A DNA stretch of 64,000 nt from an uncultured Clostridium sp. (GTDB taxonomy: Bacteria; Bacillota; Clostridia; Lachnospirales; Lachnospiraceae), in assembly GCA_945915475.1 (NCBI GenBank), contig CAMEFI010000015.1, positions 3,277-67,276 of the forward strand. Reading direction: 5' to 3'. Shown in pieces: positions 20,238 to 29,025 of this stretch. A model generated the notes under the pieces. It saw only the letters and a list, made by a program, of their open reading frames with translations, searched no databases and was not told the origin of the DNA. Both the position numbers and the translations under genes were made by a program. Numbering within the stretch: position 1 is the stretch's first letter; each line of letters begins with the position of its first letter.

Positions 20238-20446
20238 TAGGCAATTGCGAAACGCCTGTTTCTTCTATAAACGTTGTGCAATTTGACAATATCCTCACAG
20301 GCACGCTTGCGCTGCTCTCGCCTCGCAGCGGTACTAAACTCGTGTTTCACACTCGTTAAGTACCGGCGGTCTCAAAGCACCTGCTTAGGATACTTGTCAA
20401 ATCTGCACAACTCAATATACATTTTCAGGCGTTTCGCAAATGCCTA
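20238..20446 (+). mobile_element. MITE-like inverted-repeat element, copy 2 of 4
   Basis: 209 bp. Termini are TAGGCAATTGCGAAACGCCTG ... CAGGCGTTTCGCAAATGCCTA (20 of 21 complementary). A perfect 12-bp direct repeat TATAGAGATGAT flanks it at 20226-20237 and 20447-20458. Confidence 0.9.
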
Positions 20447-20476
20447 TATAGAGATGATTTACGAAAGGAGTCTATC

Positions 20477-21292
20477 ATGCAGACAAAATTTACAGGAAGT
20501 AAGAACTACGTAGCAAGCGAAGAATTAATGGCAGCAGTGGATATTGCCATTGCATTGGAGAAACCATTACTGATCAAGGGTGAGCCGGGAACCGGCAAGA
20601 CCATGTTAGCAGAAGCAATCAGTCAGTCTATGGGCAAGGATTTGTATATCTGGAATATTAAGTCCACTACGAAGGCACAGGATGGACTTTACGTATATGA
20701 TACCATTCAGCGTTTGTATGATTCGCAATTTGGTGAGGATGGTGTAGATGACATCGGACATTATATTAAGCTTGGAAAGCTTGGAGAGGCCTTTAAAGCA
20801 GATAGACAGGTTATCCTGTTGATCGATGAGATTGATAAAGCAGACTTAGAGTTTCCTAATGATTTGTTGTGGGAGCTTGATAAAATGGAATTCTACATCC
20901 ATGAGACAAAAGAAACGATTAAGGCAAAGGAACGGCCCATTGTGATCATTACTTCCAATGCAGAAAAGGAACTTCCGGATGCCTTTCTTAGAAGATGTAT
21001 TTTCCACTATATTACTTTCCCTGAAAGAGAGCAGATGACAGAAATTATCAATGCACATTTTGAGAATTTAGAAGAAAATGTGATTAAAAATGTCTTAGAT
21101 ACCTTTTATTGGATTCGTTCTGTAAAGGATGTCCGGAAAAAACCGAGTACATCAGAACTCATTGATTGGATCCGTGCATTGATGATCAGTGGCATTGATA
21201 CGGAGCATTTGCGAGAGGAACTTCCCTTCTTAGGTGTGTTATTGAAAAAAGATGAGGATTTAGAGGCTGTGAAGAAGGCCAAATTGTATTAG
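20477..21292 (+). CDS. MoxR-like AAA+ ATPase
   Basis: Walker A GEPGTGKT, Walker B LLIDEIDK, MoxR-type length and layout. Confidence 0.85.
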   Translation: MQTKFTGSKNYVASEELMAAVDIAIALEKPLLIKGEPGTGKTMLAEAISQSMGKDLYIWNIKSTTKAQDGLYVYDTIQRLYDSQFGEDGVDDIGHYIKLGKLGEAFKADRQVILLIDEIDKADLEFPNDLLWELDKMEFYIHETKETIKAKERPIVIITSNAEKELPDAFLRRCIFHYITFPEREQMTEIINAHFENLEENVIKNVLDTFYWIRSVKDVRKKPSTSELIDWIRALMISGIDTEHLREELPFLGVLLKKDEDLEAVKKAKLY

Positions 21293-21307
21293 ACAGGGAG
21301 ATTTTTT

Positions 21308-22507
21308 ATGTTTCTTGATTTTTTTGATACATTAAAGCGGAAGGGTCTGGATGTTTCCATGACAGAATGGCTGACATTGATGGATGCTTTGGATAAGGGA
21401 CTCGTTGAGTCAGATTTTACTAGGTTTTACTATGTAAGCCGTATGATTCTGGTGAAGTCCGAGTCGGACTATGATAAATTTGATATGGCATTTGCAGAAT
21501 ATTTTAAAGATATTAGGTCGGAGGATGCTGCCTTAAAACGTGTGCTGGAATGGCTGGATAAGGGTGAGGAGATGGAATTTGACCAGCAGAATCAGGAGAT
21601 GTATTCCTTTTCCCAGACCAGAAATTCGGATGATGTAAAGCGGTTATTCCGGGAGCGTCTTTCGGAACAGAATTCTGAGCATAACGGAGGAAATCATTGG
21701 ATCGGAACCTCCGGCGGTTCCGCGTTTGGACATCATGGAAGAAATGTCGGTGGTATCCGTGTTGGTCAGTTTGGCGGGATGCAGAGTGCCTTTCAGGTAA
21801 TGGGAGAACATAAGTACCAGGATTTCCGTAATGACAGGGTATTAAATTATCGTCAGTTCCAGGTGGCATTCCGGAGACTGCGTCAGTATTCTTCAAGGCT
21901 GGATGTTCCAAAAACAGAGTTGGATATTGATAAAACCATCGATAAAACCTGTGAAAATGGCGGTTATCTGCAATTAGAATTTGATCGGCCAAGAAAGAAT
22001 ACTGTGAAACTTCTGTTGTTATTTGACTGTGGTGGAACCATGATTCCCTTTATGGAGCTTTGCAACGAGTTGTTTCAGGCAGTTCATAAGGCAAATCATT
22101 TCAAGGATGTTCAGACGTATTATTTTCATAACTGTATCTATTCCAAGGTATATAAGACACCGGAATGTGAAACAGGGGATTGGGTGGATATGGACTATCT
22201 GTTCAAACACTATGATAAGGATTATAAGGTCATTATCGTGGGGGATGCCCAAATGGCGCCGGAGGAGCTGCTTGACCGGAATGGAAATTACCGGGGACCA
22301 AATGATGGCCTGTCCGGCTATGAATGGTGTCAGTTGTTGACGCAAAAGTACAAAAAATGTGTCTGGTTGAATCCAAGATATCACGGAGAGCTTACCCGTA
22401 TGCACTGGATGGAGTCAGAAGATAAGCTTGCCAAACTTTTTCATATGTATTTGCTGTCTGTAGACGGATTGAAGGAAGCAATCACTTATCTGATGAAGGC
22501 AAAATAA
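21308..22507 (+). CDS. VWA domain protein, CoxE-like (partner of the MoxR ATPase)
   Basis: N-terminal CoxE-like region, a Gly-rich linker and a C-terminal VWA-like segment (LLLFDCGGTM). Immediately downstream of the MoxR gene. Confidence 0.75.
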   Translation: MFLDFFDTLKRKGLDVSMTEWLTLMDALDKGLVESDFTRFYYVSRMILVKSESDYDKFDMAFAEYFKDIRSEDAALKRVLEWLDKGEEMEFDQQNQEMYSFSQTRNSDDVKRLFRERLSEQNSEHNGGNHWIGTSGGSAFGHHGRNVGGIRVGQFGGMQSAFQVMGEHKYQDFRNDRVLNYRQFQVAFRRLRQYSSRLDVPKTELDIDKTIDKTCENGGYLQLEFDRPRKNTVKLLLLFDCGGTMIPFMELCNELFQAVHKANHFKDVQTYYFHNCIYSKVYKTPECETGDWVDMDYLFKHYDKDYKVIIVGDAQMAPEELLDRNGNYRGPNDGLSGYEWCQLLTQKYKKCVWLNPRYHGELTRMHWMESEDKLAKLFHMYLLSVDGLKEAITYLMKAK

Positions 22508-22546
22508 GAATTTGATTATTTGTATTGTATTTTAGAAGGAGACATT

Positions 22547-23035
22547 ATGACAGAACATTTAATTGCAGAAATGGTTCATTATTATCAAGGTAATCCAAAG
22601 CGTATTCAGCATTTTATGAAGGTGCATGATTTTTCAAGAACCATCGGGTTGTTGGAAGGTTTGGATGACAATACACAGTTTATATTGGAAACAGCGGCAG
22701 TAGTACATGATATCGGAATTCACTTGTGCGAAGAGAAATATGGTTCTTGTGAGGGAAGATTGCAGGAACAGGAAGGCCCGGCAATTGCAAAAGCGATGCT
22801 GGAAAAGCTGGGGTATGACAGCATGGTTATTGAGAGAGTATGTTATCTTGTGGGACATCACCATACCTATACCAATATAGATGGCATAGATTATCAAATT
22901 CTTGTGGAGGCGGATTTTCTTGTGAATTTGTTTGAGGATGATGTTCCTATTGATGCAGTGAAAGTTGCATATAATAAGATATTTCATACAGAAAGTGGAA
23001 AAGGAATATGTAAGAATATGTTTGGAATTGTATAA
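22547..23035 (+). CDS. HD-domain phosphohydrolase
   Basis: HD motif (VVHDIG ... GHHH). Start at ATG 22547 after GAAGGAGA. Confidence 0.8.
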   Translation: MTEHLIAEMVHYYQGNPKRIQHFMKVHDFSRTIGLLEGLDDNTQFILETAAVVHDIGIHLCEEKYGSCEGRLQEQEGPAIAKAMLEKLGYDSMVIERVCYLVGHHHTYTNIDGIDYQILVEADFLVNLFEDDVPIDAVKVAYNKIFHTESGKGICKNMFGIV

Positions 23036-23064
23036 ATATATATAATCTCTGTTTAGGAATCTGA

Positions 23065-23093
23065 TTGACGAAAATAGATTCTTTATGTATAGT
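23065..23093 (+). promoter_or_regulatory. Candidate sigma-A promoter
   Basis: TTGACG, a 17-nt spacer, then TATAGT, about 40 nt upstream of the ATG cluster at 23131. Confidence 0.45.
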
Positions 23094-23143
23094 ATCTATG
23101 GTTATCAATTGATACACAGGATGGATGAGAATGATGATGTACT

Positions 23144-23383
23144 GTGCAAAATGTGGAAAAAGTAGATGAAAAAGCAGCTATCCGTTTTATGGAAGATGAG
23201 GGCTATGATATGGAATACTTAGAAGAAGAGGATATGGATATTTCCATACATAAGACAAGGACATTGAAAGGGCATTTTGTAATCAAGCGAAATGCAGAAG
23301 GAAAATGGCAGTTTTCTGATTACAAGTCTAACTATGAAGTACTGGATTCGGAAGTTTATACAGCCTACCCAATAAATTATTGA
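23144..23383 (+). CDS. Acidic hypothetical protein; the 5' end is probably disrupted or shifted at an A5 tract
   Basis: The tracked ORF starts at a GTG with no RBS. An ATGATGATG start with an upstream AGGA lies at 23131 in the adjacent frame and stops at 23169. Confidence 0.5.
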   Translation: MQNVEKVDEKAAIRFMEDEGYDMEYLEEEDMDISIHKTRTLKGHFVIKRNAEGKWQFSDYKSNYEVLDSEVYTAYPINY

Positions 23384-23400
23384 TGATTGAAGGAGTAATT

Positions 23401-25266
23401 ATGAGACAGTTAGCATTATCGGATGAGATTTTAATGCAGATTGAGAAACCCGCAAGATACATTGGCAACGAAGTAAATATGGTAAAAAAAGATCTTAAGA
23501 ATGTGGACATTCGATTTTGCATGTGTTTTCCGGATGTGTACGAGATTGGAATGAGTCATCTAGGCATTCAGATCCTGTATGATATGTTTAATCGGATGGA
23601 CGGAGTGTATTGTGAAAGGGTATATTCTCCATGGCCGGATTTAGATTCCGTAATGAGGGATAAGAATATTCCTCTGTTTGCGTTAGAAACACAGGAGCCT
23701 GTTAAGAAGTTTGATTTCCTTGGGATTACATTGCAGTATGAGATGTGTTATACCAATGTCTTACAGATTCTGGATTTAGCGGGTATACCGATCTGGTCAA
23801 AGGAGCGGACCATGGAAGATCCTATTGTGATCGGAGGGGGACCATGTAGTTATAATCCCGAACCCATTGCAGATTTTTTTGATGCATTTTATATCGGCGA
23901 AGGAGAAACCAGATACGAGGAATTATTTGCTGTGTATCGAAAAATGAGAGATAACGGCAATAGCAGAGAAGAAATATTGCATGCATTTTCCCGGATACCT
24001 GGCATCTATGTTCCATCTATGTATAAGCCTTCTTATCATGAAGACGGCACTCTTGCCAGCTTTGATCCGATCTATGATGATGTTCCGAAAAAGATTACAA
24101 AAGAAATTGTGTTGGATTTTGATTGCGCACCGTATCCGGAGAAACCCCTGGTGCCATATATTAAGGTTACCCAGGATCGTGTAACTCTTGAGATTATGAG
24201 AGGGTGTATCAGAGGATGCCGATTCTGTCAGGCAGGTATGATTTATCGTCCAACACGTCAGAAAAATGTGGAGACTTTAAAAAAATATGCTTATGAGATG
24301 CTTCATTCAACAGGACATGAAGAGATTACATTAAGCTCATTAAGCTCATCAGATTATCAGTGCTTAAAGGATCTGACGTATTTCCTGATAGATGAGATTG
24401 GGCATGATGATGTCAATATTTCTTTGCCATCACTGCGTATTGATTCCTTCGCACTTGATGTAATGAAAAAGGTGCAGGATGTAAAAAAGAGTTCCCTTAC
24501 ATTTGCTCCTGAGGCGGGGACACAGCGACTTCGTGATGTTATCAACAAAGGATTGACGGAAGAGGTAATCCTGAATGGTTCTATGGAAGCTTTCAAAGGT
24601 GGATGGAATAAAGTAAAATTTTATTTTATGTTAGGACTTCCTACCGAGACGATGGAGGATGCAGAAGGAATTCCAAAACTTTGTGAAAAAGTAGCAGAGG
24701 CATACTATTCCATTCCGAAAGAGGATCGGAATGGTAAGATTCAGATAACAGCATCATCGTCTTTCTTTGTACCGAAACCATTTACTCCTTTTCAGTGGGC
24801 GCCGATGTTAGATCCTGAAAGTTATATGGAAAGGGCGCATCATGTAAAAGATACATTCCGGGAGCAGCTGAATGCAAAATCCATGAAATACCAGTATCAT
24901 GATACGTATGTTTCTGTGCTAGAGGGTGTATTGGCAAGGGGGGACCGGAAACTATGTAAAGTCTTATATGATGTCTATCAGTCTGGTGGTATTTTTGATG
25001 CATGGACAGAATTTTTTGATAATGAAAGATGGCTTGCAGCCTTTGAAAAAAATGGAATTGAGAAAGAGTTCTACACCACAAGAGAACGAAGCGTAGAGGA
25101 AATGTTACCTTGGGATTTTATTGATATAGGCGTGACAAAACGTTTTCTTATTGAAGAATGGGAACGGGCAAAAAAAGGGATTGTAACTCCGAATTGTCGT
25201 GAAAAATGTTCCGGATGTGGCGCTGCCAAGTTTGGAGGAGGTGTCTGCTTTGAAAGTAAGAATTAA
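23401..25266 (+). CDS. Radical SAM protein with B12-binding-like N-domain (TIGR03960-like, function unknown)
   Basis: Radical SAM cysteine motif in MRGCIRGCRFCQAG. Start at ATG 23401 after GAAGGAG. Confidence 0.85.
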   Translation: MRQLALSDEILMQIEKPARYIGNEVNMVKKDLKNVDIRFCMCFPDVYEIGMSHLGIQILYDMFNRMDGVYCERVYSPWPDLDSVMRDKNIPLFALETQEPVKKFDFLGITLQYEMCYTNVLQILDLAGIPIWSKERTMEDPIVIGGGPCSYNPEPIADFFDAFYIGEGETRYEELFAVYRKMRDNGNSREEILHAFSRIPGIYVPSMYKPSYHEDGTLASFDPIYDDVPKKITKEIVLDFDCAPYPEKPLVPYIKVTQDRVTLEIMRGCIRGCRFCQAGMIYRPTRQKNVETLKKYAYEMLHSTGHEEITLSSLSSSDYQCLKDLTYFLIDEIGHDDVNISLPSLRIDSFALDVMKKVQDVKKSSLTFAPEAGTQRLRDVINKGLTEEVILNGSMEAFKGGWNKVKFYFMLGLPTETMEDAEGIPKLCEKVAEAYYSIPKEDRNGKIQITASSSFFVPKPFTPFQWAPMLDPESYMERAHHVKDTFREQLNAKSMKYQYHDTYVSVLEGVLARGDRKLCKVLYDVYQSGGIFDAWTEFFDNERWLAAFEKNGIEKEFYTTRERSVEEMLPWDFIDIGVTKRFLIEEWERAKKGIVTPNCREKCSGCGAAKFGGGVCFESKN

Positions 25267-26032
25267 ATATACAAAGTCAGAGCTTCTTAAGTTTATCGGT
25301 CATCTGGACGTTATGCGTTATTTTCAAAAGGCAGTAAAGCGTGCCGGATTTGATATTGCATATTCAAATGGATATAATCCTCATCAATTGATGTCCTTTG
25401 CGGCACCACTTGCTCTTGGGGTAACCAGTGAAGGAGAATATTTTGATGCAGAATTTCATTCTGTTGTATCATCTGAAGAGTTTATCAGACGTTTTAACCA
25501 ACAGATGTCCGCTGGAATGGAAGTGAAAGCTGTGTTGTTATTGCCGGACAATGCCAAAAATTCCATGTCCATTGTGGCAGGATCCGATTATCTGATTACG
25601 ATAGAGGATAATGTGCCTGAGAATATAAAGGGACTAATTCTTTCTTATGTACCGCATTTACTGGAAAAAAATACAATTGAAGTTTTGAAAAAGACAAAGA
25701 AGAATGAGAAGATGGAAGATATTAAGCCGGGAATTTATAAGCTTTCTGTGGAAAGTTATGTAACAGCAAAAGCGTTAGCTGGTGATTCCGTAGACCATAC
25801 ACAGCAAAATCAATATGTGGAGGATATGAATGCGAGGGATAAGATCTATATGTTTTTAGCAACAGGAAGTGAGTACAATTTGAAACCGGAACTTATCATG
25901 CAGGCTATTTGTAAAGAAATCGGTTATGAATATAACCGGTTTGATTACCGGATACATCGATTAGAAACCTACATGCGAAATGATAAGGAACAGTTCGTTT
26001 CTTTGCTTGAAACAGGAACGGTAATTTCATAA
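25250..26032 (+). CDS. Radical SAM-linked protein (TIGR03936 / DUF2344-like)
   Basis: Sequence KFIGHLDVMRYFQKAVKRAG is typical of this family. Likely TTG start at 25250 after GGAGGAGGTG. It overlaps the end of the radical SAM gene. Confidence 0.75.
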   Translation: MKVRIKYTKSELLKFIGHLDVMRYFQKAVKRAGFDIAYSNGYNPHQLMSFAAPLALGVTSEGEYFDAEFHSVVSSEEFIRRFNQQMSAGMEVKAVLLLPDNAKNSMSIVAGSDYLITIEDNVPENIKGLILSYVPHLLEKNTIEVLKKTKKNEKMEDIKPGIYKLSVESYVTAKALAGDSVDHTQQNQYVEDMNARDKIYMFLATGSEYNLKPELIMQAICKEIGYEYNRFDYRIHRLETYMRNDKEQFVSLLETGTVIS

Positions 26033-26047
26033 ATCTTTTAAAATTAA

Positions 26048-26076
26048 ATTGACTTTGTTTTTTATGCTGAATATAA
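26048..26076 (+). promoter_or_regulatory. Candidate sigma-A promoter
   Basis: TTGACT, a 17-nt spacer, then TATAAT. Confidence 0.5.
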
Positions 26077-26121
26077 TAAATGTTGTTGAAAATGTTACGA
26101 AAGACAAGGAGAATTTCAAAT

Positions 26122-27009
26122 ATGACGAAGACCACAAGAATAAATTTTAACATATTGGGAATTATATTGATTTTTTTAATTGTTTGTATGTTTCAACTTC
26201 CTGTAGTAGCAAAATCATCCGTATATCAGGTACTTCCAGATGAAAGTGGAGCCATACAGGTGACAGAGAATGATGTTGTGCTAAGGAATATTTATATAAC
26301 ATTGCAAAAGAGTAATGGCAGTTACCATGTGGTGAAACCATTAACAGGTGGTTCTTATCTTTACTACATTGATGCAGCCGGAAATGCCGCTCTTTCAGCA
26401 AATGATGGATATGTGAAAATTTCCTATAAAGGTAAAAAGAATTCTTATTATTCTAAAAATGGAAAATTGCTTACGAATCAGATTGTTGGTAATAAAAAAG
26501 CAGGATACCGGTATGTGGATTCTACCGGTATTGTGATAAAAGATGCTGTTGTCCAGGATGCGGTCAACTTTGTTGTAAAACATTCCGATGCATCGGCTAG
26601 TAACGACAAAAGATTGCGCAGTTGTTATCAGTATTTGTGGAAGCATTACAAATATCAAAGATTTTATGGAGGGTTATCCCCGAAAGCAAAAGATATGCGT
26701 AGTTATGCAAAATACATGTTTAAGTACAAAAAAGGTAATTGTCACCGATATGCGGCTTGTTTTGCGTATATCGCACGTGTATTAGGGTATGACAGTAAAG
26801 TGGTTGTTGGTTCTATTTCAAGTAATCGTGGGGGCATGACACCACATGGCTGGTCGTTGGTTAAGAAAGGGAAAAGCTGGCTTGTCTGTGATCCGGATAT
26901 GGAATTAAATGGTGTGCACGACTATATGGTTGCGCGTAGTAGTTGCCGCACATCGATTACTAGAAAATGTACACTTACTATCAAAAATGGAGTTGTTAAG
27001 TGGAAATAA
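26122..27009 (+). CDS. Secreted protein with cell-wall-binding-type repeats and a transglutaminase-like cysteine peptidase domain
   Basis: Signal/TM segment, YY-rich repeats (YYIDAAGNA, YYSKNGKL, YRYVDSTG), then a Cys-His-Asp arrangement (GNCHRYAACFAY ... PHGWS ... CDPD). Confidence 0.7.
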   Translation: MTKTTRINFNILGIILIFLIVCMFQLPVVAKSSVYQVLPDESGAIQVTENDVVLRNIYITLQKSNGSYHVVKPLTGGSYLYYIDAAGNAALSANDGYVKISYKGKKNSYYSKNGKLLTNQIVGNKKAGYRYVDSTGIVIKDAVVQDAVNFVVKHSDASASNDKRLRSCYQYLWKHYKYQRFYGGLSPKAKDMRSYAKYMFKYKKGNCHRYAACFAYIARVLGYDSKVVVGSISSNRGGMTPHGWSLVKKGKSWLVCDPDMELNGVHDYMVARSSCRTSITRKCTLTIKNGVVKWK

Positions 27010-27030
27010 GTCTTCTGAAGGAGAACTGAT

Positions 27031-28197
27031 ATGACTCGTGCCGTAATTACAGAGTATGATAATATTCGTTATCTTTTAATTTATGAAAAGAATAGTCTTG
27101 CGGAATGTCATCCACTGGTTTGTGACGATACATTTCAGATTGGCAGTATTTATATTGGACGTGTAGAAAAGGTTGTAAAAAATATTCAGTCTGCATTTAT
27201 TCGATTAGATAATGATCATGTGGGTTATCTGCCACTAAATGATTTGCCTGCGAAGGTTCTGAATCGTACATTACCGAAGGGTCTTATTTCCATTGCAGAA
27301 AGTGACAAGATCTTAGTACAGGTAGAACAGGAGCCTCAGAAGATGAAACAGGCCCGGGTAACCGGAAATGTTAGTCTGTCAGGTCTGTATGTTGCAATGG
27401 ACATGCTAAAAGATATGGTTGGTGTATCCAATAAGATTAAGGATCAGAAACGGGCAGAGCAGTTAAAAAGGCTTGTTGAAAATATGGATATACCCTATGG
27501 TATTGTTTTTCGTACATCCTGCGAGGATGCAGAAGATGAAGCAATTCTAAGGGAAGTACAGGATTTGAAAGAGAAAATGGACAATATCCTGCATAAAGCC
27601 CAATACCAACGAAATACAGGACTGTTATCAAGTGGAAAGCCTTCTTATCTTGCCATTTTAGAAGAGTATGGATGGATGCGGATTGATGAGGTACAAACAG
27701 ACATTCCAAAAGTGTATGATACACTAGTCAAGATAGGAGATGCATATAGTCATAATCTTATATTTTATCATGATGATTATCCATTATTTAAGTTATTGGG
27801 ATTAGAGAAAGAACTGTCAGGACTGCTGAATAAGAGAGTTTGGCTGAAATCGGGTGGCTTTCTGGTGATAGAACCTACTGAGGCGATGGTAGTTATTGAT
27901 GTGAATACAGGGAAATCCATTGGTAGAAAAAAACAGGAGGATCATATCTTAAAAGTAAATGAAGAAGCTGCTATTGAGATTGCAAAACAATTACGCTTAC
28001 GGAATCTGTCTGGAATGATTCTGGTAGATTTTATCAATATGCAACAACAATCTAATTGTCTGAGTTTAATTCGTACCTTGCGGCAGGAATTAAAAAAAGA
28101 TAAGGTCCCCACAAAGTTTATTGATGTAACCGAACTACAGTTGTATGAGATTACAAGAAAAAAGATTCGTAAACCATTACATGAGATTCTTCAATAG
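27031..28197 (+). CDS. rng: Ribonuclease G/E family protein
   Basis: S1-like N-domain (IYIGRVEKVVKNIQSAFIRL) and catalytic block (VIDVNTGK, GMILVDFI). Positioned upstream of rplU, as is typical in Firmicutes. Confidence 0.85.
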   Translation: MTRAVITEYDNIRYLLIYEKNSLAECHPLVCDDTFQIGSIYIGRVEKVVKNIQSAFIRLDNDHVGYLPLNDLPAKVLNRTLPKGLISIAESDKILVQVEQEPQKMKQARVTGNVSLSGLYVAMDMLKDMVGVSNKIKDQKRAEQLKRLVENMDIPYGIVFRTSCEDAEDEAILREVQDLKEKMDNILHKAQYQRNTGLLSSGKPSYLAILEEYGWMRIDEVQTDIPKVYDTLVKIGDAYSHNLIFYHDDYPLFKLLGLEKELSGLLNKRVWLKSGGFLVIEPTEAMVVIDVNTGKSIGRKKQEDHILKVNEEAAIEIAKQLRLRNLSGMILVDFINMQQQSNCLSLIRTLRQELKKDKVPTKFIDVTELQLYEITRKKIRKPLHEILQ

Positions 28198-28261
28198 AGA
28201 TTTCATGATAAAAGCTTTCTAATTATTTAGAAAATTATTTAGAAAATTTTTCAAATTTTAA

Positions 28262-28290
28262 TTGACAGATTCAATTTGTTTTGTTATTAT
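28262..28290 (+). promoter_or_regulatory. Sigma-A promoter of the rplU-prp-rpmA operon
   Basis: Consensus TTGACA (28262-28267), a 17-nt spacer, then TATTAT (28285-28290). Confidence 0.65.
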
Positions 28291-28384
28291 AGTCTAGTGT
28301 GCCGCACAGAGAGGTCGAAGTGTGTCTATATATTGTATGGGACACCACCATATCTGGCGAGTAATGATAATAGGAGGTAACCGT
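28291..28384 (+). promoter_or_regulatory. Probable ribosomal protein L21 leader (autoregulatory 5' UTR)
   Basis: A ~90-nt untranslated leader lies between a strong promoter and rplU. A conserved L21 leader RNA is known in Firmicutes at this position. No covariance model was run. Confidence 0.45.
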
Positions 28385-28690
28385 ATGTACGCAATTATTG
28401 CAACAGGTGGTAAGCAGTACAAGGTAGCTGAAGGTGATATCATTAAAGTAGAAAAGCTTAATGCAGAAGCTGGTTCTGAAGTAAAATTTGATGTTATTGC
28501 TATTAACAACGACAAGGATATGTTATGTGGCGAGACAGTTGCTAACTCAAGTGTAACAGCAAGTGTGATCGGCGATGGCAAGGCTAAGAAGGTTGTTGTT
28601 TATAAGTATAAGAGAAAAACCGGCTATCACAAGAAGAATGGTCATAGACAGCCATTTACAAAGGTTGAGATCAAAGCAATCAATGCTTAA
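28385..28690 (+). CDS. rplU: 50S ribosomal protein L21
   Basis: MYAIIATGGKQYKVAEGD N-terminus and AGGAGG RBS. The longer tracked ORF is an upstream extension. Confidence 0.95.
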   Translation: MYAIIATGGKQYKVAEGDIIKVEKLNAEAGSEVKFDVIAINNDKDMLCGETVANSSVTASVIGDGKAKKVVVYKYKRKTGYHKKNGHRQPFTKVEIKAINA

Positions 28691-28698
28691 TCGGGACT

Positions 28699-29025
28699 AT
28701 GATTACTGTAACTGTTTTTAACAAGAACAATAAGATAGTTGGTGTCCAGTTAGAAGGACATGCTGAATTTGGCAGAAAAGGAAGAGATATTGTTTGTAGT
28801 GCAGTATCTATATTGTACATCAATTTGGTGAATTCCTTAGAAAGCTTTACAAAAGACGAAAAGGAACTTAATGGTGATAAGAAGATTAATTTCCAGAACG
28901 TCATTTTGAAGAGTATGCCAAGCCCGGAGGCTGAATTATTATTTCAGTCATTTATGCTTGGAATCACTACAATTGAACAGAAATATGGTAGAAAGTACAT
29001 TTTAATTTTGAATCAGGAGGTGTGA
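28699..29025 (+). CDS. prp: Ribosomal-processing cysteine protease Prp
   Basis: 108 aa between rplU and rpmA, with His/Cys motifs (GHAEFG ... DIVCSAVS). Confidence 0.88.
   Translation: MITVTVFNKNNKIVGVQLEGHAEFGRKGRDIVCSAVSILYINLVNSLESFTKDEKELNGDKKINFQNVILKSMPSPEAELLFQSFMLGITTIEQKYGRKYILILNQEV

Noticed and set aside
21513-21992. A 159-aa antisense ORF inside the VWA gene. Similar long antisense ORFs occur elsewhere, for example 57613-58119 in mutL, 8678-9043 in phoH and 18205-18585.
   Set aside because: These are shadow ORFs opposite well-supported genes. They lack an RBS and have low-complexity or biased composition typical of antisense frames.
28294-28581. Antisense 95-aa ORF and the extended 122-aa version of rplU that covers the leader.
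   Set aside because: L21 starts at MYAIIATGGKQYKV after a consensus AGGAGG. The upstream region is a promoter plus untranslated leader.
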